Shown here: positions 29,019 to 42,084 of the stretch, one piece after another
Position numbering within the stretch: position 1 is the first letter of the stretch
How the letters are laid out: every line of letters begins with the position of its first letter
From: Eledone cirrhosa
Lineage: Eukaryota
NCBI GenBank assembly: GCA_964016885.1
Contig: OZ024752.1
Span: 32,922,001-32,986,000, forward strand
Length of the DNA stretch: 64,000 bases
Direction: 5' to 3'
Notes under the pieces: model-generated
The model's database searches: none
What the model was told of the DNA's origin: nothing
What the model saw: the letters and a program-made list of their open reading frames with translations, nothing else
Position numbers and translations under genes: made by a program

Positions 29019-29086
29019 GCTGCTGCTGCTGTTGCTGCTGCTACAACTCTACTACTACTACTACTACTACTATTACTACTACTACA

Positions 29087-29140
<54 letters not shown>

Positions 29141-29182
29141 GCTGCTGCTGCTACTACTACTACTACTACTGCTACTACTACT
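28632..29182. repeat. (CTA)n/(CTG)n trinucleotide tract
   Basis: Direct inspection. Confidence 0.95.
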
Positions 29183-29497
29183 CAAAAGCAAAGGACCTAA
29201 TCGAATTTCTTCGTTCTTATAATTCGGTTAAATCCCACTTAGCATTAGTAATGGACAACGTTAGCAAATGTAAACGCCATTGTTATGTAGAAGAGTCGCA
29301 TGAAACTAATGTCTTGTGTAGTTGTAGTTATCGTATTTCAATGGAAGGCAACCGTATGGCAACATGACAACCTTATAATGAAAAAATACATAGATGTAAC
29401 CAATTTATCCATCAGCAACGCAACCTTCATTGTCACCAACAGGAAGAAGTGGCCCTACACTTTCGCTTGTCTTCCTAGAAATGGCAGTCGTCTACTA

Positions 29498-29541
<44 letters not shown>

Positions 29542-29544
29542 ACT

Positions 29545-29870
29545 AAAAGACCCCTTCGGTCAAGAATGACCAAGGAATTTGCACCTAGAGGCACAAGTCC
29601 GGGCAAACTTGTCTGTAGAATACCAGCTGTCACCCATGCATACCAATATCCCCCCTCTCCATACCACCGATGTTGTCCAAGGGAAAGGTAAAGGCTGATA
29701 CAGCTTGGCACCAGTGACGTTGCAACCTCATTTTTACAGCTGAATCAACTGGAGCAACGTGAAATAAAATGTCTTGCTCAAGAACACAACGCAAATCCTG
29801 CTCCGAGAATCGAACTCACAACCTCGTGATTGTAAGCCCGACGCTCTAACCACTAAGCCATGTGCATTCA
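29545..29870 (-). mobile_element. S2 tRNA-derived SINE with (TAG/CAG)n tail
   Basis: Reverse complement TGGCTTAGTGGTTAGAGCG..GAGTTCGATTCTC..GTGTTCTTGAGCAAGAC. Trinucleotide tail at 29491-29544. Confidence 0.8.
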
Positions 29871-29892
29871 CTACTACTAAATTCATCCACTT

Positions 29893-31240
29893 CTTTGTGG
29901 TGACATGATAAAACCTTTCCATCTCACACAATACAACATTAACTGCTTCAGTTCTTTACCAGATAGTTCTGTATCTGGTGACATGATAAAACCTTTCCAT
30001 CTCACCCAATACAACATTAACTGCTTCAGTTCTTTACCAGATAGTTCTGTATCTGTGGTGACATAAAACATTTCCATCTCACACAATACAACATTAACTG
30101 CCTCAGTTCTATACCAGATAGTTCTGTATCTGTGGTGACATAAAACATTTCCATCTCACACAATACAACATTAACTGCCTCAGTTCTTTACCAGATAGTT
30201 CTGTATCTGTGGTGACATAAAACATTTCCATCTCACACAATACAACATTAACTGCTTCAGTTCTTTACCAGATAGTTCTGTATCTGTGGTGACATGATAA
30301 AACCTTTCCATCTCACACAATACAACATTAACTGCCTCAGTTCTTTACCAGATAGTTCTGTATCTGTGATGACATGATAAAACCTTTCCATCTCACCCAA
30401 TACAACATTAACTGCCTCAGTTCTTTACCAGATAGTTCTGTATCTGTGGTGACATGATAAAACCTTTCCATCTCACACAATACAACATTAACTGCCTCAG
30501 TTCTTTACCAGATAGTTCTGTATCTGTGATGACATGATAAAACCTTTCCATCTCACCCAATACAACATTAACTGCCTCAGTTCTTTACCAGATAGTTCTG
30601 TATCTGTGGTGACATGATAAAACCTTTCCATCTCACACAATACAACATTAACTGCCTCAGTTCTTTACCAGATAGTTCTGTATCTGTGGTGACATGATAA
30701 AACCTTTCCATCTCACCCAATACAACATTAACTGCCTCAGTTCTTTACCAGATAGTTCTGTATCTGTGGTGACATGATAAAACCTTTCCATCTCACATAA
30801 TACAACATTAACTGCCTCAGTTCTTTACCAGATAGTTCTGTATCTGTGGTGACATGATAAAACCTTTCCATCTCACCCAATACAACATTAACTGCCTCAG
30901 TTCTTTACCAGATAGTTCTGTATCTGTGGTGACATGATAAAACCTTTCCATCTCACACAATACAACATTAACTGCCTCAGTTCTTTACCAGATAGTTCTG
31001 TATCTGTGATGACATGATAAAACCTTTCCATCTCACCCAATACAACATTAACTGCCTCAGTTCTTTACCAGATAGTTCTGTATCTGTGGTGACATGATAA
31101 AACCTTTCCATCTCACCCAATACAACATTAACTGCCTCAGTTCTTTACCAGATAGTTCTGTATCTGTGATGACATGATAAAACCTTTCCATCTGACCCAA
31201 TACAACATTAACTGCTTCAGTTCTTTACCAGATAGTTCTG
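29893..31240. repeat. 80-bp tandem array, about 17 copies
   Basis: Unit AACCTTTCCATCTCACACAATACAACATTAACTGCCTCAGTTCTTTACCAGATAGTTCTGTATCTGTGGTGACATGATAA. No unique spacers. Confidence 0.97.
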
Positions 31241-31796
31241 TCGATTAAATCGACCCCAGTGCGTGACTGGTACTTTATTTTATCGACCCCGTAAGGTAGA
31301 AAAGGCAAAGTTAACCTCGGCGGGATTTGAACTGAGATCGTAAAGGGCCGTAACTCTATGCTGCAAAGCATGGCGTCTCGACCCTCTACCGATACTGCTA
31401 ATCCACCGCCCTAAATCTTCCTAAAATAACAGCACCCTTTAGTGTGTCAGAATGAAAGACGTGGTGAAGGTTGGAAATGAGAACAGCGCACCACCCTCGG
31501 GAATAAGTATATATGGTCACTAGACCTGCTAGAAATGGCTGTCGTATCCTCGTTAAATCATGTCTTGAATAGATATAATAAGGAACGCGAAATCAGAAGA
31601 GATTGCACTCAGATGAAACAATATTGATTTCTAATATAGGCATAATGCCAGTAATTTATCTTTTTTTTTGCGGGTGGGGTGGGGTGGGGTTGATTAAATC
31701 GATCCCAGTACGTTACTGGTACTTTATTTTATCGATCCCGTAAGGATGAAAGGCAAAGTTAACCTCGGCGGCATTTGAACTCAGATTGTAAAGGAC
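31241..31796 (-). mobile_element. Two S1 SINE copies (31241-31412, 31625-31796)
   Basis: Same diagnostic blocks on the minus strand. Confidence 0.82.
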
Positions 31797-32955
31797 AGTA
31801 ATAAACCAGTGACCCACAATGTCATTGCTGTAGCAGTACAAATATCAACATTTACGCAACTTTATTTGCATGCGAGATGAGATCCGGGCCAGTGATGTTG
31901 AAATCTCAAACCACCGCCACCATCACCGCCACCACTCAATATATCAACACCAATAGTAACGTTGACAACGTCTACCTAAAACGAAAACAAGGAAGTAGAT
32001 CGAAACAGTGTTTTAACATCGCTTTAAACAGCCCTTCAAATGTTGCATTATATCCTTTAGACAACATCTAACTACTAAATATCGAAGTACATTAATGTTT
32101 GCATCACTTGTAAAACGATTGATGGGAAATAAATAACCTTGTTGCGTGTTTTTATAGTGTCATATATATTTAATGGTGTTTATTTTTCTTAACTTTATGA
32201 TTTACTAGACGAGTACTGGTTTGGTTTAAAGTTTAAATATAGGGTTTCTTATTGATACGAGAAAGTTAGGTTCTGCCATATAAAATTGTGTATAATTTGT
32301 TTATTTAGTACTGTGTGTTAGGAATAATAAATATATATGTTTTATTTTAGTTCACAGAAAGCAGTTAGTAGTTCATGAAGTTTCGTATAGATTATAATCT
32401 AAAATAATTTATAGCTGCTTAAATAACTGTCAGAAAATCCACTTGTCTTCAATATCTATATACTGTGTTGCATGTATCAACTCATCCACTGCCGTGTCAT
32501 TATCGTCCTTTGCAAGTTTACTAATGCCTGTAAGGGGAGTTACTGGATGTAGTAAACCTAGCAAAACATCTGCTGTATTCCTGCGGAGGTTTTTCAGCCT
32601 TGTTGGTGAACATATCACGTATCGAAAATAAACATCTACCAGAAAGGCAATATCTGATTTCTCCGAAGCCACCCACCAACCCCCTACGGACAATTCCCCC
32701 TGATAATGGTTGGTAACTTTCAGTCATTCTTTTTTCCTAAGGTAACTTTCAGTCATTCTTTTTTCCTAAGGTAACTTTCAGTCATTCTTTTTTTTTTTCA
32801 TTTTGATTTGAACCTACAACGCTGGCTTAATCTCTGTCACACACCCTGTGTGTATGTGTGTGTGTGTGAGATAGAGAAAGACAGTGAAAGAGAGAGCGTA
32901 AGAGAGAGAGAGAGAGAGAGAGAGCGTGAGAGGGAGAGGGAGAGTGAGAGAGGGA

Positions 32956-33010
<55 letters not shown>

Positions 33011-33107
33011 GGTATTCTTCTTAGAGAGTTCTAAACCCAACTTTCAGGCTAAAATTTCTTTGGTCAAAAATACGGCAAAAGCTTCTATTTCTATTTTATA
33101 TATTTGA

Positions 33108-33186
<79 letters not shown>

Positions 33187-33194
33187 TATATACA

Positions 33195-33560
33195 GGGAGT
33201 GTAACTTGGAGTTACTGTAGGTTCACCCGGGTGAGCACTCGATGTTTAGGTTCACTTCAGTGTCGAGGTGTAGAGCTAGACAGAGTGTATTATAGTAAAA
33301 CAAAACAAGGACGACGAGTGGTTATTCCTTCATTACGTTTATTGGTTGGTGACGCACGTTTCGCCACTGATCAGCTCAAGGTTCGATCTGTATCGATCGG
33401 ACCCGACTCTGTAATCGGCGGCTCGTCAGACCCTGTGTAATGGTAATGGAAAACATTTTCCATTGCCATTACAAGGGGTCTGACGAGCTGCGGATTACAG
33501 AGTCGGGTCAGATCGATACAGATCGAACCTTGAGCTGATCAGTGGCGAAACACGGGTACC
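33195..33560. mobile_element. Hairpin element with tail and HHR (33348-33432 minus; mirror 33477-33560)
   Basis: Inverted arms 33358-33453 and 33456-33551. Minus strand GGT-CTGACGA-GCCGC..GTGGC-GAAA-CGTGCG-TC-ACC. Confidence 0.78.
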
Positions 33561-33700
33561 ATATAATTTCAAGTGTGCTTAAAACAGAATTTATAATCAT
33601 ATATTATATTATCGGCGTCTAAAAACAAACGTTTGAAGCTATCATAAAACATTAAGTTTAGATTCAATTATATTATACATTATATATATATATATATATA

Positions 33701-33901
33701 TTTAAATAACAGATTAAAGTTTAAGCAAAGAAACAAGTTTCAGAAGATCCCGTTAAGGGTGAAAGCAGCGATTCTTTGCTTAAACTTTAATCTGTTATTT
33801 TAATTTAATAAATATTTGCTCTAGGGTTCTTATATATTTGATATATATTTATCCTTATCGAGCCCTCTTTGGATTTTAGTCTTCAAATTTATTATTATTA
33901 C
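33701..33901. mobile_element. Family E hairpin mini-element with A4-variant HHR fold (33735-33787)
   Basis: AATAACAGATTAAAGTTTAAGCAAAGAA is inverted at 33772-33800, tail to 33901. Other copies at 39638-39799, 45532-45600, 49298-49372, 55843-55912. Confidence 0.72.
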
Positions 33902-34718
33902 TATATATATATATATGTATGCATGTATGTATATATATATATATGTGTGTGTGTATGTGTGTGTGTGTGTGTGTGTGTGCGTGCGTGTGTGTGTGCGTGT
34001 GCGTGTGTGTGTGTGCGTGTGTGTGTGTATAAAGTAATTGTAAATAAATTAGAATTATATTAAACAGATTAATGATCACAGGTAATAATAGATTTATTAA
34101 TTAAAAATAACGTAGCTAGCATACAGGTAAGATAATGGATAGCTGAAAGTGAAACTGACTGTATTGATGAATATCGTGTAATTTAATATTTAGTTGTAAG
34201 TTCAGCGTATTAAAAAATATATCTTTGAAATTTGTAGTTTAATTAATATTTGAATTTAAATTAATTAACTATAAAACGTTATATTATTAAAATGTATAAT
34301 TGTACCAGAGGGAATATACATGTATCCAAGCAGATGAAATAATTAATCATAGTTTACAGGTATTGTAATTATTCATGTTTTAGAAAAAGTTGTATCTTTT
34401 GGTCAGGTGAGTCTCCCGCCTTTTCCTGTTACCTTGTAACCTAATATAACCTAATATAACCTATTAATATTTCATGATCGAGTGGTCGGTGTTTAAACTG
34501 GTTTCCCCACTAGGACCTTGTCTGGTGAGGAAGATAAGTGAAACCCTAGCCACAGCAGAAAAAAAAATTGCTGTTAAAAAGGGCGGATAACTCCTCAGAA
34601 TCAACAGCTACGTGTATCAAGCTCACCGATGGGTTAAATTGCCTCACCAACCTGCAATCGGCCAACTGATGTTAGTACGGCTATACCCCTGAAGACATGA
34701 TATGAGCATAACCAGGCA

Positions 34719-35818
34719 GAAAGTGTTGGAGGTCAGCCAAGGATGGGTTCCTCCAACAGGAGTGAGAAGAAAGTGGTGGAGGTCAACCAAGGATGGGTTC
34801 CTCCAACAGGAGTGAGAAGAAAGTGGTGGAGGTCAACCAAGGATGGGTTCCTCCAACAGGAGTGAGAAGAAAGTGGTGGAGGTCAACCAAGGATGGGTTC
34901 CCCCAACAGGAGTGAGTAGAAAGTGGTGGAGGTCAACCAAGGATGGGTTCCTCCAACAGGAGTGAGCAGAAAGTGGTGGAGGTCAACCAAGGATGGGTTC
35001 CTCCAACAGGAGTGAGAAGAAAGTGGTGGAGGTCAACCAAGGATGGGTTCCTCCAACAGGAGTGAGTAGAAAGTGGTGGAGGTCAACCAAGGATGGGTTC
35101 CTCCAACAGGAGTGAGAAGAAAGTGGTGGAGGTCAACCAAGGATGGGTTCCTCCAACAGGAGTGAGTAGAAACTGGTGGAGGTTAACCAAGGATGGGTTC
35201 CTCCAACAGGAGTGAGTAGAAAGTGGTGGAGGTCAACCAAGGATGGGTTCCTCCAACAGGAGTGAGTAGAAAGTGGTGGAGGTCAACCAAGGATGGGTTC
35301 CTCCAACAGGAGTGAGAAGAAAGTGGTGGAGGTCAGCCAAGGATGGGTTCCTCCAACAGGAGTGAGTAGAAAGTGGTGGAGGTCAGCCAAGGATGGGTTC
35401 CTCCAACAGGAGTGAGTAGAAAGTGGTGGAGGTCAACCAAGGATGGGTTCCTCCAACAGGAGTGAGTAGAAAGTGGTGGAGGTCAACCAAGGATGGGTTC
35501 CTCCAACAGGAGTGAGTAGAAAGTGGTGGAGGTCAACCAAGGATGGGTTCCTCCAACAGGAGTGAGAAGAAAGTGGTGGAGGTCAACCAAGGATGGGTTC
35601 CTCCAACAGGAGTGAGAAGAAAGTGGTGGAGGTCAACCAAGGATGGGTTCCTCCAACAGGAGTGAGAAGAAAGTGGTGGAGGTCAACCAAGGATGGGTTC
35701 CTCCAACAGGAGTGAGTAGAAAGTGGTGGAGGTCAACCAAGGATGGGTTCCTCCAACAGGAGTGAGTAGAAAGTGGTGGAGGTCAACCAAGGATGGGTTC
35801 CTCCAACAGGAGTGAGAA
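34719..35818. repeat. 50-bp tandem array, about 22 copies
   Basis: Unit AAGTGGTGGAGGTCAACCAAGGATGGGTTCCTCCAACAGGAGTGAG(A/T)AGA. Confidence 0.97.
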
Positions 35819-35899
35819 GGCCTTGGACTGGATTGATATCTTTTCGAACATCGGAGACAAGACAAAATAAGGGGGTTTTAAACTGGATATAACTCTTGG

Positions 35900-36381
35900 A
35901 TAATGACCGAAAGAATATGATCGCGAACACAAGCGGCCGAACCCGTATTCCGAAAGGTCTTTGGAGTAATGTTACTCGACAGAATGTGTAGCTCAGAGAT
36001 CAGAATGTAGCTCCAGGTAGAGCCGGTACTTCTCCGAATTGAGAGATCACAGCTCCGATACTATGGGCATGTGGTTACAATGCCTCAGGAAAGAATCGCT
36101 GGACAGATTGTACGGGCAAAAACCAATCTACTGCAGACCCAGATTTAGACCCTGTGCAAGATGGTTGGATAACATAAATGATCTTGGCTGGTTTCGCTTG
36201 AGGGTCCTGCTGGATCAACTGAAGTGGGTTGCTTCTGACAGGACCCGCTGGAAGGAATGTTTGAGTATTCTGCCACCACGACCCTCTCAGAAATAAGTGG
36301 GAGAAGAAGAAGAAGAAGAAGAAGAAGAAGAAGAAGAAGAAGAAGAAGAAGAAGAAGAAGAAGAAGAAGAAGAAGAAGAAG
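35900..36381 (+). pseudogene. Degenerate RTE-like LINE 3' end with (GAA)n tail
   Basis: SQLRYYGHV.., then RPRFRPCARWLDNI..VASDRTRWKE across a frameshift. (GAA)n at 36302-36381. Confidence 0.72.
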
Positions 36382-36690
36382 ATTTAGTGAACTTGAAAGC
36401 AGTTTCCTAACCAAATAAAATCTAACTCTAATTGTATCAAAACCGTTAGATATTCACTCGAAGGAATTTTTAAAGGTGAAATAATTATGTAATTGAACAA
36501 CGGTTCATACTAGAATTTCAATCACAAATAGGTTTAATAGCCAATTCTTTCAAAATGAGATTTTATTAACACGCAATATATATGATAAAATAGAACAACG
36601 AAGCTATGGAGTTATAATTGGAATCTAAAGCTAACAGACACATCTTTTGATATAAAATGGAAAATTGTATGATTTGCAAAACCTTAAACT

Positions 36691-36834
36691 GTAGAGGGTT
36701 GGACGCCATGGTTTCTAGCATAGTTACGTCCCTTTACGGTCTGAGTTCAAATCCCGTCGAGGTTAACTTTGCCTTACATCCTTACGGGGTCGATAAAATA
36801 AAGTACCAATAATGTACTGGGTAATTGCTGGCCT
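36691..36834 (+). mobile_element. S1 SINE, partial
   Basis: B box and core block. Confidence 0.8.
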
Positions 36835-36859
36835 TCAGTATTATATAACTTTTCTATTT

Positions 36860-37523
36860 CATAAAGTCCAATTCTCTTGCAGGAAAATTGGTCTCCACAT
36901 AAATGTTGCCAGGACTGAGTGCCTGTTATTAAAGCTAGAAGATGGTTGTCTTGTCACACTGGATGGCGGAATACTAAATATATTTGACGATGTGTTCATC
37001 AAAAAAGGACATTGAGATAAGAATTTCCAAAGTCTGGGCTACAAAGAACACAATGGAAAGAATATGGGGATCAGATCAAACCAGAAAAAGCGAAATATCA
37101 TTCTTCTGAATATCTGTTGAGTCAGTGTTGTATGGATCAGGTACATGGACCATGACTTAATCACTTGAGAAGAAACAAGATACATTAAAATGCACACACT
37201 AAAATGCCAAGGGTTGTACAAAACGTAAACTGACGTCAATGTATCACAAATGAAGGTTTATACAGAAACTTGGCCAAGTTAACAACTACAATGGCTCAAA
37301 GACGGTTACGATTTGCAGGACATTGTTGGAGAAGTAAGCAGGAAGATATACACAAATTACTATTGTGGGAACCAACTGACGGGAGATGCAGGAGAGAAGG
37401 ACTTGCTTGAACATTTATAGAACAACTCTCAGACGAAACGAACCTCAGTAGAGAGCAGTTGACAGGAGCAATGGAATATAGTGATGTGTGGAGAGACTTT
37501 GTCAGGAATGTTTGACTGTGGTC

Positions 37524-37557
<34 letters not shown>
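36860..37557 (+). pseudogene. Degenerate RTE-like LINE 3' region with (CAA)n tail
   Basis: KIGLHINVARTE, then AQRRLRFAGHCWRSKQE..KLLLWEPT..VWR with stops and frameshifts. Confidence 0.75.
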
Positions 37558-37558
<1 letters not shown>

Positions 37559-37799
37559 AATAATACTAATACTAATGATGATGATGGTGGTGGTGGTGAC
37601 GACAACGACGACTTTGTAATAATATATCTGAGAAACTACACAATTGTAATATAACAGAAACTACACAATTGATAAACCCGTAACTTAGATTCTACTAGAG
37701 TTTCACCTTTTATTAAATTTAGTTAATAATTTAAGCTTAGACGCAGCTTTTATCACTCGACTTATAATATTTATAAATGATTTGTATTATATATTACAA

Positions 37800-38183
37800 T
37801 GGTGGATTGGCAGTATCCGGTAGAGGGTCGGACGCCATGTTTTGACGCATAGAGTTACGGCCCTTGCCATTCTGAGTTCAAATTCCGCCGAGGTTAACTT
37901 TGTCTTTCATCCTTACGGGGTCGATAAAATAAAGTACCAGTAATGTACTGGGTAATTGCTGGCCTTGTGCCAATAGTAGAAACAATTATATATTACTAAT
38001 GGATTGGCAGTATCGGTAGAGGGTCGGACGCCATGCTTTGACGCACAGAGTTACGGCCCTTGCCATTCTGAGTTCAAATCCCGCCGAGGTTAACTTTGCC
38101 TTTCATCCTTACGGGGTCGATAAAATAAAGTACCAGTAATGCGCTGGGTAATTGCTGGCCTTGTGCCAAAAGCAGAAACAATT
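37800..38183 (+). mobile_element. Two tandem S1 SINEs
   Basis: Head-to-tail copies, each followed by AATTATATATTACTAAT. Confidence 0.88.
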
Positions 38184-38707
38184 ATATATTACTAATTATT
38201 CATTCGGCAGTCTACACAATTCAATTAAACCATCAATGGATAAAGCTTCGTTAAGTTTATTATTGTACTATAGTTAATGTTATTACAGAGTGTTTATTAA
38301 CCACCTTTAACTGAATTATTTACACGTTTATATAACTCGTAATTATTCCAGATTATATAACACTGTACAATATATTTAATAGAAAACCGCCACATTTTAT
38401 CTCTACTTTCTGTTTTATCTCTACTTAATTTTAATCAGTTTTAATATTAAATATTATATCACTTCTTGCAATTTAACATGAAGAAAACATATGTGTTTGA
38501 CGGCTGAGAGAAAACAGTACTCAATACCGAAGTAGAGTTTTAATATTCATTTTATTAAGGCTAAATAGAGCCAAACACCCCCACCCCCACCCTCACACAC
38601 ATACATATGTGTGTGTGTGTGTGTCTGTGTGTATGTAAATATATAGTATATATATATATATATGTATATATACACACACACAGATATATATATAGATATA
38701 TATATAG

Positions 38708-39373
38708 TTATACTTTGGGAGGGTCATGCTGCTAATAAAAACACACGCACACCTGTTGGTTTTCACTTTAATTTATCATAAATTTCCGGCTGGTTGGTTC
38801 GATAAACGGATGGTTGGTTATATATTGACAAAGCTCTTTCGTCACACATTCTGTGACCTCCTCAGTTCTCTGGCTACAATCAGAGAGACAAGATCAGGGT
38901 ATATAAAGGAGCCAGGATCAAATGGGCAAAAATTGTGGAAAATGATGCAAATGGGACTTGCCCCATGTATAGGAGCAAATTTTGGAACAGAATAGAACGG
39001 ATTAGGAATAAGGCAAATAAAATCAACTCATGTTATGATAGCAATAAATACCAGAGTGTAATATTCGTCAATACAACCCCTAGAGGTGAACTAGCTTATA
39101 GATTTAGAAGGGCCCTAGAGAAGCTCAAATTAAATATTAAGATAGTTGAAAGACCAGGTATTCCCATAAAAACCCTAATTAGTAAAACATATTCCTTTCA
39201 AAGATCCCCCTGTGCTGATAGGAAATGCATAGTCTGCAAGCTAAGCCCGCAAACTAACTGCAAAACCAACAAGTGCGTGTGTTTTTATTGGCAGCATGAC
39301 ACTCCCAAAGTATAACAATAGCTGTTTCAACACACGTTTTCAGATAAGAAATCTTGCAAACCAAATTCAAAAA

Positions 39374-39375
<2 letters not shown>
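38708..39375 (+). mobile_element. Family B PLE, inverted terminus + internally deleted ORF fragment + tailed terminus
   Basis: 38875-39267 encodes DKIRVYKGAR..GTCPMYRSKFWNR..CADRKCIVC, homologous to the 21335 ORF. HHR-like CTGAGGA at ~38830-38866 (minus). Confidence 0.88.
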
Positions 39376-39441
<66 letters not shown>

Positions 39442-39808
39442 GTGAGTTTTTACAAAATGAAAAAAAAACGAGGTGTCCTACACGAGATGCGAGAAAAATC
39501 AGAAACCCTCCATCTCAATTCTACTTTTGAAAAGCACAAGAACTGTGAAACCGGTAAAGGAACCAAATAAATATATTAAAAAAAAAATAAAAGACTCCAG
39601 TTGCATTTTCGATTTCATCTTTTTTCCTTATATATTTATTAAAATAACAGATTAAAGTTTAAGCAAAGAATCGATTCTTTGCTTAAACTTTAATCTGTTA
39701 TTTTAATAAATATTTGCTCTACGGTTCTTATATATTTGATATATATTTATCCTTATCGACCCCTCTTTGGATTTTAGTCTTCAAATTTATTATTATTACT
39801 ATATATAT

Positions 39809-39842
<34 letters not shown>

Positions 39843-39854
39843 ATATATTTATAT

Positions 39855-39930
<76 letters not shown>

Positions 39931-40002
39931 CGATGAAATACCAATGATGGTTGGAAGATCACTGATGAAGGACTAACTTTATTCATATATATATATATAT
40001 AA

Positions 40003-41483
40003 ATATCTTTAAGTCGTTTGGAAGCCTCGACAATGCAAATGGGTAAATCTCCGGGTAACAAGGTCCGGTGGTGGAGAGAGAGATGTAAGTGGGTGTACGT
40101 TGAGATGCGTGGTGTGTATAAGATGTGTGAGATGTGTAGAATGAAGGGAACAGTATAAAGGATAAAAATAAAAATAACAACACAAGAGAGAGTTACCTTG
40201 GGAGAGATTTAATAGTCCCTATATATTTCGGATTCACATCCATCAACTGGGGTATTTTTCCGGGGTGGGGGAAAAGGTTGTCTGTCGGACAAGTCCGGAA
40301 GGCGTCTTTCGCTGTTTGTTGTTTTGAATATCTGAGGTATTCGGCAGAGCGCGCGTGCGCGTGAAATGGGGTCGGTCGTACAGAGGTCAGCGGCCGAATG
40401 AGGGAGTGGGATGGCGCTAGCTGTCAGTCCATTCTCTGCCTGTTTGTTAAATGTTACTGTGTGTGTGTGTGCGTGTGTTGTTGTCTCGCTTGAGTGTGTG
40501 TGTTGTCGCCTTGTTCATCTGTATTGGCAGTGTATGTTCGTATGGTGGAATGCTACTGTGTGTGTGTGTAGTTGTCTCGTTTGCGTGTGTGTGTGTGCGT
40601 GTGCATTTGTCTATGTGTTTCCTAAAACCAAGGCCTCGTCTTTCCGGAAACACATAGACAAATTCGGAAACAAAGACGGAAGGCCCATTGTCACAATTCT
40701 AGCGACTGAAAGAAACGTCGGCACGTTACGTATCAAGGAAGCGCTTTTTATCAAACGACTGCAACCGCAAATAAACAACCGATCAGAGAGAAGCGAAATG
40801 AAATGGCTGGTTTAAGTTAACAAGCGATGCAACAACACACAACATACGCACACACACACACGCAAACGAGACAACTACACACACACACACACACACACAC
40901 AGTAGCATTCCACCATACGAACATACACTGCCAATACAGATGAACAAGGCGACAACACACACACTCAAGCGAGACAACAACACACGCACACACACACACA
41001 GTAACATTTAATAAACAGGCAGAGAATGGACTGACAGCTAGCGCCATCCCACTCCCTCATTCGGCCGCTGACCTCTGTACGACCGACCCCATTTCACGCG
41101 CACGCGCGCTCTGCCGAATGCCTCAGATATTCAAAACAACAAACAGCGAAAGACGCCTTCCGGACTTGTCCGACAGACAACCTTTTCCCCCACCCCGGAA
41201 AAACACCCCAGTTGATGGATGTGAATCCGAAATATATAGGGACTATTAAATCTATCCCAAGGTAACTCTCTCTTGTGTTGTTATTTTTATTTTTATCCTT
41301 TATACTCTTCCCTTCATTCTACACATCTCACACATCTTATACACACCACGCATCTCAACGTACACCCACTTACATCTCTCTCTCCACCACCTGACCTTGT
41401 TACCCGGAGATTTACCCATTTGCATTGTCGAGGCTTCCAAACGACTTAAAGATATTTACTTATTGTTCCACAATGCTTCAATA

Positions 41484-41489
<6 letters not shown>
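40003..41489. mobile_element. Family C PLE: ~600-bp inverted arms around a GIY-YIG C-terminal fragment, in (TA)n
   Basis: 40003-40605 mirrors ~40845-41456. 40615-40815 (+) encodes SSFRKH..TILATE....LRIKEALFIKRLQPQINNRSE. Right tail to 41489. Confidence 0.85.
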
Positions 41490-41575
<86 letters not shown>

Positions 41576-42002
41576 ATATATATACATAGATTAATATGAC
41601 AACTCTGTATACGATGGTGTTATCTAAAGATAAGCACGTTCTCTTTTACATTTAAACAAGTATAAGATATGTTGTACATCCTATCCAAACTTGTAAATTT
41701 AAAGTATATCTACATTGCCTTATATTATATAGTCAGGTTTATATTCTAACCTTCTCATTTTAACACACTTTCTCATAACTTGTTAATTTGACATCTTTCA
41801 TTCTGTGTTTTTTTTAATGAAAATAGCACCATTATTTCAACATCTATAAAATGGATCTCTGTAGCAGCTAACAGCTAATGGTTTGAGCATATATGTGTGT
41901 TGTGTGAGTGTGTGTCTGTGTGTCTGTGTGTCTGTGTGTCTGTGTGTGTATGTGTGCGTGTGTGTGTGTGTATATATATATATATGTGTGTGTGTGTGCG
42001 TA

Positions 42003-42060
<58 letters not shown>

Positions 42061-42084
42061 CATCTCTCTCTCCCTCTCTGTATC

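Noticed and set aside
29893-31240. Regular 80-bp array (also the 34-, 50- and 43-bp arrays) as possible CRISPR
   Set aside because: No unique spacers, no cas genes, eukaryotic context.
32430-32693. 87-aa ORF with faint resemblance to a Tc1 transposase C-terminus or a host exon
   Set aside because: No convincing motif, TIRs or splice support.
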